Below, one piece after another: positions 26,273 to 40,536 of a stretch of DNA of 64,000 nucleotides; within the stretch, counting starts at the first letter, position 1; every line of letters begins with the position of its first letter. The stretch comes from Chrysomallon squamiferum (taxonomy: Eukaryota; Animalia; Mollusca), in assembly GCA_012295275.1 (NCBI GenBank), contig CM022671.1:17732001-17796000 (forward strand), written 5' to 3'. Below the pieces are notes generated by a model. It had not been told where the DNA came from. It made no database searches and saw only the letters and a list, made by a program, of their open reading frames with translations. The position numbers and the translations under genes were made by a program.

Positions 26273-26556
26273 TATATATATATATATGTATGAAGTAATA
26301 TTTATATGTATGCATGTAGGTGGGCAAAATGTTACAATATTGATGTATAAAAGCCCTTGCTGGATATTTTAAAACAATTGCTGTATAACATTGTATGTGT
26401 ACGCGAAAGTATTGTATTTATTTGAAATTATATATACATATACACAGAGACACGCGTGCACACACACACACACACACTAACACCCACACAATGCAAACAT
26501 GTCCTTTTCAAATCCATAGTAACAGTTGCATAATTTATTATATTTGTCTTAATTTG

Positions 26557-26604
<48 letters not shown>

Positions 26605-27500
26605 TATTTTATTTTAATCCAAAAATAAATATCTAACAAAAAGTTGACTATATATATATATGTGTGTGTGTGTATAGATAGATAGCTAAATAGAGTTGCT
26701 ACAGTTGTTTTAGTGGGATTTCATCGCTTTTCAAAGTTTAACACTTCGCGTGACTTTATAGTTTTATTATCCAGCGTGTTGACGGTTTATCTGTTAAATT
26801 AACTGACTGATTCAAGATTACGACAGCTAATAAAACGTAATTACCACTGCTATAACTTAACAAGCTGTCGTTGTAAGTGTTTAATTAAATTAAACCATCT
26901 AACGGTCAGCCCCTGTCAATACAAAAAAAAAAAAAACCCCCACAGTTCTCTTCACTTTTCAGTGTGCAGTGTTTTCTTTAGATAGGGGTATACGTACCCC
27001 GAACGCCCTAATCGTTTGGCCGAGGGCACTCAGCGTGCAAAAACAGTTAGCTGTCAAACGGAAGGTCTGGCGTCAAAACTGACGGCGCGGACTCTCAAAA
27101 CCACTTGAGCGAATTCAAATGCATTGTGTTTACATCGGCACGACTGTCCTTTTCAAAAGATAAGTGATGTTACCGCATTTCGTAGGTGGCAGAAAACGGG
27201 GGGATTATCTGAATGGTTTAACGGCAATTGAAATTGTTTTTAATCGGATGGAATTGTGAATGTTTTTGTTTCATCCCGTAACGGTGATTACAAATAGAGG
27301 TACACGCATCGGACCTGCCAGAGAGGATTCAGTCGTGCTGAAGGGCGAGGTATTAGCATTAACAATATTTCACCACCTTTCGCTACACCGGTCACTCAAA
27401 ATGACCGTATAATTTGGTTATTCTTCTTTAACCCGAGGAAAGAAACGTCCCCGTTTTTTTTTTTTTTTTTTTTTGTTCTTTCTTTCTTTCTTTTCTGTAG

Positions 27501-27537
<37 letters not shown>

Positions 27538-27679
27538 ACAGTCCATGGCACCAGATTATTCCACCCTCGGGCGGTAATCGTTTGCTTTCACTTGGTTTGT
27601 TCACTTGTTTATCGAGGCACTTGAAAAGTTTGTAGTGGTTATTATATCTCCAAAACTCATTCAGACTTTCGTTAAGCTA

Positions 27680-27790
27680 ATATGATTGGCCGCTGAAGAA
27701 GTGGGACTTCTTCTATTGTAAGAAGCGGGAGAAGAGACAGACAGAGATACAGAGTGGGGCAGACGAGGCGAATCTGGGCAGACGATCCCG
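27680..27790 (+). promoter_or_regulatory. Putative WNT2 proximal promoter
   Basis: CpG-rich, 500-600 bp upstream of the ATG; reverse CCAAT box (GATTGGCC, about 27684); direct repeat GGGCAGACGA at 27757 and 27776. Confidence 0.45.
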
Positions 27791-28282
27791 AAAAAAAAAA
27801 ATATATATATATATATGTATGTATATATGGAGAATTCTAACTTTCCTACTGGTTCACTCTCTGATCAAATAAGGATTACGCCGAATCAGAGAATGTCACG
27901 TTGTCTGTGGTCTGACTAAATTGACAGAAACAGTTTGCTTCTGGAAACTTCGTTGTTTTGGATGAGTGACAAGACCCTGGGAATTCCCACAGATCGCATT
28001 CACATTAAACCATTGTTTGTTAAAGACTCTTCTTCTACAAGAAGTTTTCTGATTTTCAATACCAAATTGTAAAAAAAAAAAAAAAAATCAAAAAAAAAAA
28101 TCACAAACTTCCAATACTACGACTGTTAATTTTTTTGAAAAAAAGAAGTTTGGAGACGATTTCATTCGGTTCAGACTGGTGTCGGTCAGAAAGGAGTCAA
28201 TGTCCTAACTGGGAAGGAATGTCTGATGTGAAATTGTGGATGTATATGTGGCGGGTTGGCTGGTGTCCATGGCGTTAAGAGT

Positions 28283-28362
28283 ATGGCACGGTTCCACAGG
28301 GTACCCGGACTTATCACTCTCATCTTGACAATTTGGTTAGCTCGAGTTGGAGCTACATGGTG
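28283..28362 (+). CDS. WNT2: WNT2 exon 1 (signal peptide)
   Basis: [27 protein letters not shown]; start context agtATGg; upstream in-frame TGA at 28229; donor TG|GTAAGT. Confidence 0.9.
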
Positions 28363-29533
28363 GTAAGTCCCTACTGAAATAATATATTAAAAATACATTT
28401 CTGTTAGCTCTCAAATAGAGATTCATACATATGTATATAAACAGCTAAGCAAAATACGTTTATAAAAATTTACTTATAATTTCAGTTAACAATTATGAAA
28501 AGGTTGCATAATATAGTATATGTGTATGTATGTCTGTGTGTTTTGTGTTTGTATGTATCTGTATGTCTGTGTATAAATATATATATGTCTGTATATCTAT
28601 GCATGCATGTAGGTATATTTATATGTTTTTTCTATGTATATTTATGTATATACGTATATGTATGGCTCTGTGAGTATGCTTGTATTTATTTCTATGTATA
28701 ATTATAGTTAACAGGGTTAAAATTGAAGAACTAAAGTTAGAGGCGTCCTTGATTCTCACATTTATATGAAATTAATTTAACGTCTTGTATATTTTCAAAT
28801 TAACGAAAACTTAATTTTCTTCTATTATTCTATATTTAAAGTAAATGTTTTGTTTTCACTTAAGTGTATTTATTTTTAAAATATAAAGCTAAAAAACAAA
28901 CATATATGGATTGCACCTAGGCATTGACACATAATAATATATTCAGACATCTACGTCTGTAACAAAGTACGCTATTTAGACAATATATATAGATATATAT
29001 ATTATGTATTTATTTATTGTAATTATTCATTCATTCATTTGTTTGTCTATTTGTTGTTGTTGTTGTTTTTTTAATAATTATTTTCTGTTTTGTTCTACGA
29101 CATTTTATTAAGCTGGAAATTATTTTGATCTACATTTTCAGTCGTGATTTTTCATTCTTCAAACAAAAGAATTAACTTTTAACTGTACAATAAACCTTAA
29201 TGTTAATTTTAATCAAATAAATAAAAAAGAAATAATAATAATAATAATCTAATACTATGTATATATATATAATAATGATAATTATTATTATTATTATTAT
29301 TAATTAGAATCTAGTTATATATATATATACAGACACATATACAATATTCCATTTAGCTACAAATATATATCTATAAAAAAAAAAAATGGGATTAGCAGAA
29401 TAATCAACATAAAAACTGCTGACAATTTACTCCAGTAAAAATTGAAAATATCGAGGTCTTAAATTTGCTATTACTAAGGTCTTAACAGAAATTATATGGG
29501 ATTTTTTCCTCTGTTCTTGCGTTATATATATAT

Positions 29534-29570
<37 letters not shown>

Positions 29571-30015
29571 GAAAAACACAAACACACATACACACATACC
29601 TATATATGTATCTGTATCTGTATTTGTATCTATATCTGTATCTATGTCTATATACTTACGTCAAGCTTATTTATTTCGTTATCCTAATTGTTGTTTTTAT
29701 TTTTTCGTAAAACTACGTTGTAATGAAGTTGCTGACTTATAAAATAGTGATGATGCAACAAAACGCTCAGTTACGCCATAAATAACAAAATGTAAAAATA
29801 GGAACAGAAAAAGCAAGATATAAATATTTTGTTCTTGTTTTATTTATAAACGAATATCGTATATAACATTATCATCATTATTGAAATCATCATCTTTTTA
29901 TCGTTTTTTTTTTTCTCTTTCTTCTTATTTTTGTCATCATCATAATGATGATCACCATGATGCACATTTAAACAACTATCTTTTTTAACAGAAGAGAGAT
30001 GTTGATAGAAAGATG

Positions 30016-30089
<74 letters not shown>

Positions 30090-30711
30090 AATAGGTTTTT
30101 GAACGTAAATTTTGTTCAATTTTCAGGTTTATCAGTCAACTTCCGTTGCACGCGTTTGGCGCGCATGTGCTTTGTGACAACATCCCGGGACTTGTGGGTA
30201 AACAGAGACGACTGTGTCGCGTGCATCCTGACGTCATGGTTAGTCTCGGTAAAGGGGCTCGTCTCGGGGTGGAGGAATGCCAGTACCAGTTCAGAGCTCA
30301 GCGCTGGAATTGCAGCACGTTAGAGAGGGACGCGTCAGTGTTTGGAAAAGTTATGCTTAAAGGTAATTAAAAACTTTTTTTTGTTATTTTTTTCCCTAAT
30401 TTTTAAAACTTTTTTTAATTATTATTTTTTATTATTTTTTTTTTTTTTTTTTAATATTAAATGCTCATTATTTCAGATTCAAACTAATTTATTTTTTTGT
30501 CAAAATTAGTCCGAAATATATTTATTGAAAATTCCAAATTATTCGGCGTTGGCGATCATACTTTGTTAATAATGAAGTATAACATAGTTTTTTGTTTAGG
30601 TAGAGTTCATTTGGAACCCTGTGTAATTAAATATATACAGTTTAAATTACAAATACATATTTTCCCACTGATTTTAAAAAAGTGTTTTGCTCATTTTATT
30701 CTTCTTTTCCC

Positions 30712-30764
<53 letters not shown>

Positions 30765-31166
30765 TACTATTACTTTTATTACTACTACTACTATTGCTGC
30801 TGCTGCTGCTGCTGCTACTGTTATTGTTATTGTTGTTGCTATTACTGCTGCTGTCATCATTATGAACGTGTTGCATTATTTTGTAAGAAAAAAAGAAGTC
30901 TAAATATACATCGTGTTTTTCTATTACTTTCCACATTTGAGAATTCAGTGTTTTGATCGTAATCGTGAAAACTTTGCTTTCATCTTGTCAGTTAACATTT
31001 ACGCACAGAAACTAACGTAAAAAAAATATTTAAAAAAAAAAACACGAACACTTCAAAATGAGAAAATGAAATTATCGATATTAATCATGCATTTTCGTCT
31101 GAGATGGAAAACATTTCCATTATAGATTTTTTTCTTAAATTTTACTAATTTTAAATGGAGCACTAC

Positions 31167-31247
<81 letters not shown>

Positions 31248-31700
31248 CATCATCATCATCTCCATTGTCTTCATGGTCGATAGAGTTTATTTACTAATGT
31301 TTATTTTTTATGGTTATAATTTAGTCTATTTTAAAAAAAAGAAATTTTTGTTTTTTTTATTAAAATGTTTTTGATATTTTTTATTTCATAAAGGTTGAAC
31401 TGTGTTTCTTATTTCTAAAGTCAATAACATGATTTCGAAACTACCAAAATGTAATGACAAGGCTGTATTTCAAATTCTGAAATCTCAGTTATTCAGATCT
31501 TAAACTTTTCCTCAATAGTTCTTCAACGATTTCTCAGATACATGTTTTTTACATTCTTAGGTTATGAGATATTTTATTAAGTAAACGAATACGTAAATGA
31601 TTAAATAAGTAAGTAAGTGAGCAAGTAAGTAAGTAAGTAAATAAAAAAAAAAAAAATAAATAAATAAATAAATAAAAATAAATATATAAATAAATAAATA

Positions 31701-31731
<31 letters not shown>

Positions 31732-32402
31732 AAATAAATATATAAATAAATAAATATAAATAAATAAATAAATATTAATAAATAAAAAAAATAAATGACA
31801 ATTTAAAAATTTTTCCTTTTCAAATTACGACAATTAAAACGCACATATTATAACGGAGTCAAAAATACGAAAACAAAACTAACGACCAAATCAACACACC
31901 AAGTGAACATTTTTTACGTTTCGCGGATTCGTGTATTATGCAATACGTTTATTTCACTGTCCGCACCGAGTCCACCTGCATTTCAACAACGTCCCCAGAC
32001 GCCTTTCCACTTCGAGATTAACGGAGCAAACTTAATACAGTTTAAGCCCATCTTCAGCGATGTTATCTGTTGTTTGGTTTGCTGTTCCAGTTTTTATATC
32101 AGTTTGTCATATCCATTCCACTTCACAGCCATATTCCTAATTCAGTAGCTGATAAACATGACACACTTTAATATGAAGTGTTAAAAAAGAAAAAAACAAT
32201 ATTTGTACACGTGTGTTGTTTTATCAAGTCCCGTTACGATTAACGTTCGTTATAGCTTGCTTAAGGTCAGTTAAATTAACTAAAGGCTTTTTGTTTCGTT
32301 TATTATATTTGCGTAATAAATACCCCTTGTTGTAACTCTAGCTACTTCTGTTTGTAATTTATACCGATATGCATACGTATACACATACACACAGATATAT
32401 AA

Positions 32403-32434
<32 letters not shown>

Positions 32435-34002
32435 GTATATGTATATATATGATTAAACTATCAATTAAATCCATATTACATATAAAAATACACGGCCGAA
32501 TCAAAGATATCAATAACAACAACAACAACAACAATATCCACATATGTAACCCTACTTTTTTGGTTACGACTATTACGTAATACATTTTATATCATGTTTA
32601 TGTGATAAATATCTTCACTGACTAACGATAACAATATGAAAATCATATCATAATTTTTTTTTTTTTTTTTTTTTTAAATGATAATCACCGTTTTCTTAAA
32701 ATATAACGTCCAATATCACAACATTACGTAACCTCAGATAATCTAATACCAGGTTAACCAGTGAAGAGGCGATACTGGTTTGCGTTTGTCTTAGATATAT
32801 CGAATTCGATTATTACTACTCGTAAATGCAGGTCGTATTTCTTGGCATATCAGCTTAACCTTGAATTGGTTTTTGTCTTCACCTATTTTTAATTTTTATT
32901 TTTATTTTTTATTTTTTTATATTTTTTATAAGTTTTTTTAATCTTTGTATTACACTGCTTGTTCAGGATGTACCGTAGACACACTTGTTTGTTCACTTTG
33001 TAAAATCGTTAACGTTTGACTGAGATGCAGTTAATCGCATTTTGATATATCTCGTTTCTATGGGTAGGTGCAAAACAAAAATCCTTACTGCTAATCGGTC
33101 GGAAGTCTATGCTATTTTGGAATGTCAGAAGTGGGTTTCTTTTTATATAGAATTATTAATAAAATAAAATAAAATAATAATAATAATAATAATATATATA
33201 TATATATATAACAAATAGCTATAGTCTATACTTAATAGCCGTTAATATTAAAATTTATTCAGAAGTTCTTAATAAACGTTCATTTTTTGACAACGTATAA
33301 TACGAAAATCTTTTGAATTCGCGATAAACAAAACATCCATTCAGTTTCACATATAAAATAAAATAAAATACTTTTCCAGGTTCAAAGTACAAATTTAAAA
33401 AAAAAAAAAAAAAAAGAGAAATATCAGAAACTCTTTTAAACGACATATTCGTGCCCTGTCTGTTGCTAAGTAGTTCTCAAACTGACAAAACTGTCAACGT
33501 AACAAACAAACCTAATTATAAAGTGGACAGAAAAAAGTCACTGGATTAATTTTCAGTACACTGCAAGAGAACCTCGTGTTACCCGTTTAGTATCAAGTTT
33601 TGAGACTGCTAGACTTGCTATACAAAGCAAAGCATAAGTTTAATGTCTCGTTTTCAGTGTAAGTAAAAACACAGATTAATTCTAACGTGGAGTAATAGAC
33701 CAGTCAGTTGATTGGATTTCTAAATATTTTACATAACAATATAGAAATAATAAAAAAAAAACACATAACGATACATAATACAGTATAAGACGAAACGATA
33801 ACTTTAAAGTTCACAGTGTTCTATTAGCATAGTGTTAAAAGAATCAAATTTAAATAAATAAATATATAGATTCATGTAAAAAGTAACCGATAGTGACTAT
33901 ATTTTTAAACGTCTTCACTAATAACTGAATAAGCGAATAGTAAATAAATAAATAAACAAATAAATAAAATTTTAATTAATTAATTAATAATAATAATAAT
34001 AA

Positions 34003-34033
<31 letters not shown>

Positions 34034-34240
34034 AAAATAAGAATAAACATAAAAAAAAAAAAAATGATTTCACAAACTAAGTGACAAAAACAATTACATT
34101 TGTCGTTTTCTAAATAGTTGTATCTATCATATTCTGAGAAGTTGAACCGCTTCTAAATGTAAATAAATGTTAAAACAGACATGATTGTGTTACCAGTGGC
34201 AGTGGTTTACCGTTAGTAAAAATAAATAATAAAAGTAATG

Positions 34241-34287
<47 letters not shown>

Positions 34288-35190
34288 TTACTATTATTAT
34301 TATTATTATTACTATTATTATTTATTAGTAGTAGTATTTTATTATTACTATTATTATTACTATTACTATTATTTTTGTTTTTAAATTATTTTTATTTTTT
34401 TTTTATTAATGTTATTTAATTTTTAATTTTTAATGTTTAAATTTATGCATCGAACATTATATTACGTTACACTGTATTATAATATATGAGGTATTACATA
34501 ATTTTACATCACATTACATTACATTAATTTACATTCCATAAAATTATCAAATTAATTATATATTTAATTTAATTCCAAAAAAACACCAATATAATTCTAT
34601 CTACCTTCTATCTATCTATCTAAATCAAATTATATATATATATCATTTCTGCTGTTATATATATATATAATTAAAATTACTACATTAATCTTTACAATCT
34701 CCGCAATACATTGAGCGCCATGGGTTTGGGAATCGTGTTGGATACGAATCTAAACCAAAATGTATGGCGTATCCACTTCACATTAATTTAAACTCGCTCA
34801 ACAGTGAGACTTCCCGAGTGGTTTGTTTGTGAATTAAAACATTTACTTTGGCTTAAATTCAGATTCGGAATCTACTAAGTGTTTATGTTATGGCGGTGGT
34901 TAAATGTAGCGAGACAGAAAAGGTATTCATCCGATTTCTTACTGACAACCAGTAATGTATGGTTTTTTTGTTGGGGGGGGTATTTATTTATTTATTTATT
35001 TATTTATTTATTTTTCGAATTATGAAAATTAATCAAATAGAAAGTTTTAATTAAAATATGATAAATTGAAATTAATATCACTACATACCATATAGTTTTA
35101 TGTAAATTAATAATAATAACATTAACAATAACAATAATAATAATGACAATGGTTTAAAAAATCAGCAGTTTTTTTTATATATATATATAT

Positions 35191-35221
<31 letters not shown>

Positions 35222-35466
35222 TGTAATTGTTGATTTTTCAAACCATGGTCAATCAATTGAATTATAATTCAAATAAAATATATTAAATTATTTCTGCAAA
35301 AATTATTTTAAATAACGAAAACTGTGACATATTTACATATACCAAAGTGTATAACTGTTGTGATCATTTTTGGGGTGGAATTCATGGAATATTTAGACTA
35401 GTGTTTGTCGCGGAGGAATATCATTTCGTCATATTTAACCTGTACCATCAGCAACCCGCATCCGGC

Positions 35467-35501
<35 letters not shown>

Positions 35502-36306
35502 GTGTTATTATAATCATATTTGACGTCACCGGCTTTCGTCGCTTTCGAGGTGCGGCGTATGAATATCTGAGTACAAGCCTAGGTAATAATAATTGCGCTA
35601 TGCTTTTACAAGGATATGAATCAACAGTGGTGTTATTTATCGCGTATCGTCTTCCACAAGCCAGCCATTGTACGCTCGGCTAACTTCACCAGGGGAGTAA
35701 TGAAGTATACAAAAAAAGTAAAAGAATCCTGTTTCGCTTCCTAAAAAGAGTTCAGAAATTTTTGTGTGTTGATTTTTAAGGACCTCCCCTCGGTCGGTAA
35801 ACAGTCGGACGTCAGAGATCGTGTGCAGGTGGGTCCGGTCTCAAGTGTCTCTCCCAGTATCTCGTGAATTCTCCCACCCACCTACGTTGCTACAAAAGAC
35901 ACTGCGTGACTGTAATTAAAGAAAAAAAAAAGAAAAAAAAAAAAAAAAGTCCGCCTCGTTTGGGTGTTAAAACAAGTGCTGAATTTGTTAAAGTTATTCC
36001 CTGTATTGTTTCATTTCATGGTTTGGTTATCGTCTGAAGGAGTACGTGACTTTAATTTGTAAAGAGATAATTTTTTGTATTTACCTCATTAAGATGTCAG
36101 ATTATTTTTTTTTGGGAGGGAGGGGGGATTTAAGTCGACCTTTTAATATGAAATGTTAATTTCTGAATGATGGAAACATGATGCACAATATAACAAATAA
36201 TAACAATAATAATTTTGTTTTCCAGTTCATTCCAATGTTGCAGGTTTTGGTTTTTTTTTTTTTTTTTACCTTTTCTTTTTCTGTTAGATCAAAAACTATT
36301 TGTATG

Positions 36307-36375
<69 letters not shown>

Positions 36376-36512
36376 AAGAATACATCTAAGACTTTAAAAA
36401 AAAAATGGAAAACCAAAATTTACTAATAATCTACAAAAGACGATTCATAACGTCATAGAAAAAAAGAGTTTTTGTGAATCATTCAAATTCAATAGATTTA
36501 CTCATACACATT

Positions 36513-36567
<55 letters not shown>

Positions 36568-37023
36568 CCATCTACACCTGATGCCTCACACGATGAAAAC
36601 ATAAGCGTAACTCGATGTAGAAGTGCATACATCGTTAACAAGTACGATTAACAAGTATTTCTTCATCTGGAAGCGAATCCCGTCCGAGTTACCCTTGTTA
36701 GATTCTTATCTGCTTTGTCTTGGTGGGGGCATCTCGACTCTGGAGCTAAATTAGTCACTGGGATGTCTGTCTGCTGCGCTATTATTACTTCAAAAGAAAG
36801 CGAAGCACGAAAAAAAAAAAAAAATTGGCGATAGCAATTAATATTAGCGATTACATCTCAATAAGGGAAGATGTTCGGGATATCTGATGTGAATCTAGAT
36901 TCCACTGACAAAGATATTCAACACAAATAAACTTTACTACAGTGCATCGCGCTGGTCATAGGTTACTGAGTGCGATTTTCCTCTCCTTTTTTTTTTTTCT
37001 CTTTCATTCTTTCTTTCTTTTTC

Positions 37024-37057
<34 letters not shown>

Positions 37058-37081
37058 TTTTTATTATTTTGTAAACGTATT

Positions 37082-37115
<34 letters not shown>

Positions 37116-37241
37116 CGATTGCATGCGTGTGTGTATATGTGCTCATATATGTATGTGTATGTATTTCTGTTATAATACAAATAGTCTAATAACTGTGGAA
37201 TTAGTTCTACCTTTTTTTTTTAGTACTACCACTACTACTAT

Positions 37242-37324
<83 letters not shown>

Positions 37325-37959
37325 TTGCTACTACTACTACTACTACTACTTCACGATGTGATTAATTAAAATACAGTATATACTAGAGGCTGATTTTCCA
37401 TTTTTACTACGCATCGTTTTTTGAAATAATAATAATAAAGAATAAAGAATAAACAAAATTCCTGCCGACTCCTGCTGACAGACTTTAAACATAATAAATA
37501 ATAAATAAAACTCATTTATCTTGAAAACTGCATCCATCCATCAGCCCCACGTTTCCGAAATTCAAATCTTCTCCAACACATAGCACGAGGAGGATCTTGG
37601 CATCTTTAGAGAAGATCAAATGAATACGCGAAGTTACGTCATATCACTATCTTCATCAATTGTCTGCAATAAATAATATCCACAGCAAAACTTGCTATTC
37701 CGAAAATGTTGTCTGGAAGTGAAAAAGTTCCGACAAGATCTTTACGTGAAAATGAATATCGTTTGTTTCTTTAGTCCCTTCTGCGAAAAAGAAACACACA
37801 TAAGATACAGGCCTGATAAATCAGCTGAAAAATAATTTAAAGTTGAGACTGTTCATGTGCAGACTGTTGATTATCTGCATGTCATAACAGTGCATGTTGG
37901 AAGATATTTAAATACGTCTAACTTATCAGTAACGGTTTTCAAACATGCATTAATAAATT

Positions 37960-38010
<51 letters not shown>

Positions 38011-38112
38011 GAACATAATCGTTTTTGAAAACTCGTCTTTGTACTACAGTATCGCTGAAACACGCCTACACGTTTGCAGAATTCCAAGAATAGTAACTAT
38101 TAAGATTTAAAA

Positions 38113-38151
<39 letters not shown>

Positions 38152-39085
38152 AATAAAATAAAATAAAATAAAATAAAATAAAATAAATAAACAAAAAACG
38201 AATAAAAACTCACCAAAAAGTTCAACATGGAATCTCAGTTTTTGATGAGTTTACTTTTGATTACAAAAATAAAATTCAGAGAGACAGTGGAAGCAGCTTC
38301 CTTCCCAAATTCGGCAAATAAAGCAAGAGGAAATCAGAACTTGTGTCCTGTATTTGTGTGTGTTAAATTTCGTGTAAATCAAACCCTATGTCCCCTTTAA
38401 CCAAATAGTGCACAATATAAAGTCCATGTTTTTTTTTATCAGAGGTGTATTTAATGAATTATGATGAAATCCTGTCTTTGTTAAGCGTCAACAGTGATTC
38501 TGTCATTCGCTGAGTTCTTTAAGAAATCCTTGTTTAAGTAGCAAAATTTTGATATCTGTACATATCGAACAAAAAAATAAAATTAAAATAAAATAAAAAT
38601 AAAAATAATAGAAATAATATAAAATGAAAATCGTTAATTTGCAAATACATGCAGGAACATATATAACATTATCTAACAAACGTTTACTGAATCGTTTAAA
38701 TGTAAAAAGATTATAATCGGTCTTCATCACTGTAATGACCCTAATATTTTATACCAAATATATTTATCAGTTTATTATTATTATTATCATCAACATTATT
38801 ATTATTATTATTATTATTATTTTTTTATTTTTTTATTATTATTATTATTAAATGTAAATGTCAAAACTAATGATACTAAATAAATAATAAAAAAGCCAAG
38901 TTTCAAAATACAACCAGTCTTATTTCTTATCATACTTTATAAGCTGATTTATTTTTTATTTATTTATTTGTTTATTTGTTTCTTTTTTGTGTCTCTGTAT
39001 GTACGTGCATGTTCATTTCTTAATTGAACACCGTTTAGCGAGTCGCTGACAACAACAATAATAATAATTATTATTATTATTTTTA

Positions 39086-39164
<79 letters not shown>

Positions 39165-39824
39165 AACAATGTCGTGCATGTAACTGACGTGTTCCATGTT
39201 AACATTTTTCATCTCTTGCACAGGAAGTCGAGAAGCGGCCTTCGTCTACGCGGTGTCGTCTGCTGGAGTGGTGCACGCGATCACGCGGGCGTGCAGCAAG
39301 GGCGAGCTGCAGCACTGCGCCTGCGACCCCAACAAGAAGGGGTCGAGCAGAGACCACAGGGGGGAGTTCGACTGGGGAGGGTGCTCGGACAACGTTCGCT
39401 ATGGTAGTCAGTTTTCGAGAATGTTTGTGGACGCCAAAGAAAGGAAGACCAGAGACGCCAAGGCTTTGATGAATTTACATAATAACAGAGCCGGCAGACG
39501 AGTGAGTGTTGGTTTATTATTATTATTTTGTTACTCTTCACACATACCATATATCTCCTCTCCAAAAAAAAGTAAAGAAATAAATAAAATAATACTGTCT
39601 ACCCCACAAACAAAAAAATAAAAATAATAATAATAAATAATAAATAAATAAATATAAATACATATAAATGCATATTGTTGTGGGTTTTTTTTTAAATTTT
39701 AATAGTTTCAATATATATATATAAAAAATAATTTTAAAAAACCGCAGTATTCGCAGATAAAAATAATAGTCAGAAAAGCGTATAATGGTCTTAAATTTTA
39801 AAATCTGTTTTGTATATGTATGTT

Positions 39825-39912
<88 letters not shown>

Positions 39913-40462
39913 ATAAAACCATTCACATTTTAACACTTGAGATGATCACGAACGGACTACTGAAGGTTTATTCTTTTTCTTATTTATTTTTTTTTTTTTT
40001 TAACTTTTATTTCAGGGTGTAAAAAAGTTTCGTAAACTGGAATGCAAGTGTCACGGAGTTAGCGGCTCTTGTACGATTCGTACTTGCTGGCTCGCCATGC
40101 AGGAGTTTCGCCGGGTAGGGGACTACCTCAAGATGAAATATAACGGTGCTACACAAGTGATGATGAATCAGGAAGGGACCGGTTTAATAGTAGCCAACAG
40201 AAACCATAAAAGATTCACTAGATCAGATTTAGTGTATTTTGAGACGTCCCCCGATTACTGTGTACATGACATGAAAATAGGTAAGTAATTAGTTATTTTT
40301 TTATTATTGTCAAATGTCATTTGTGTATACTACTTTTCTGCATACGTTACGAAAATATGAACATAGGTAAGTAATTATATATGTATATTATTGTCAAATT
40401 TCAGTACTGTGTTTCTATCCTATTGGAGACAGATAGATGGACAGACATACAGACAGACAGAC

Positions 40463-40536
<74 letters not shown>

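Noticed and set aside
30497-31274. Poly-L/I/Y/N ORFs (also near 9515, 37081, 38964, 43187 and 45489)
   Set aside because: Trinucleotide microsatellites in introns or UTR.
39174-39565. Alternative-frame and antisense ORFs over WNT2 exon 3 (also 44180-44362)
   Set aside because: Shadow ORFs of GC-rich coding sequence.
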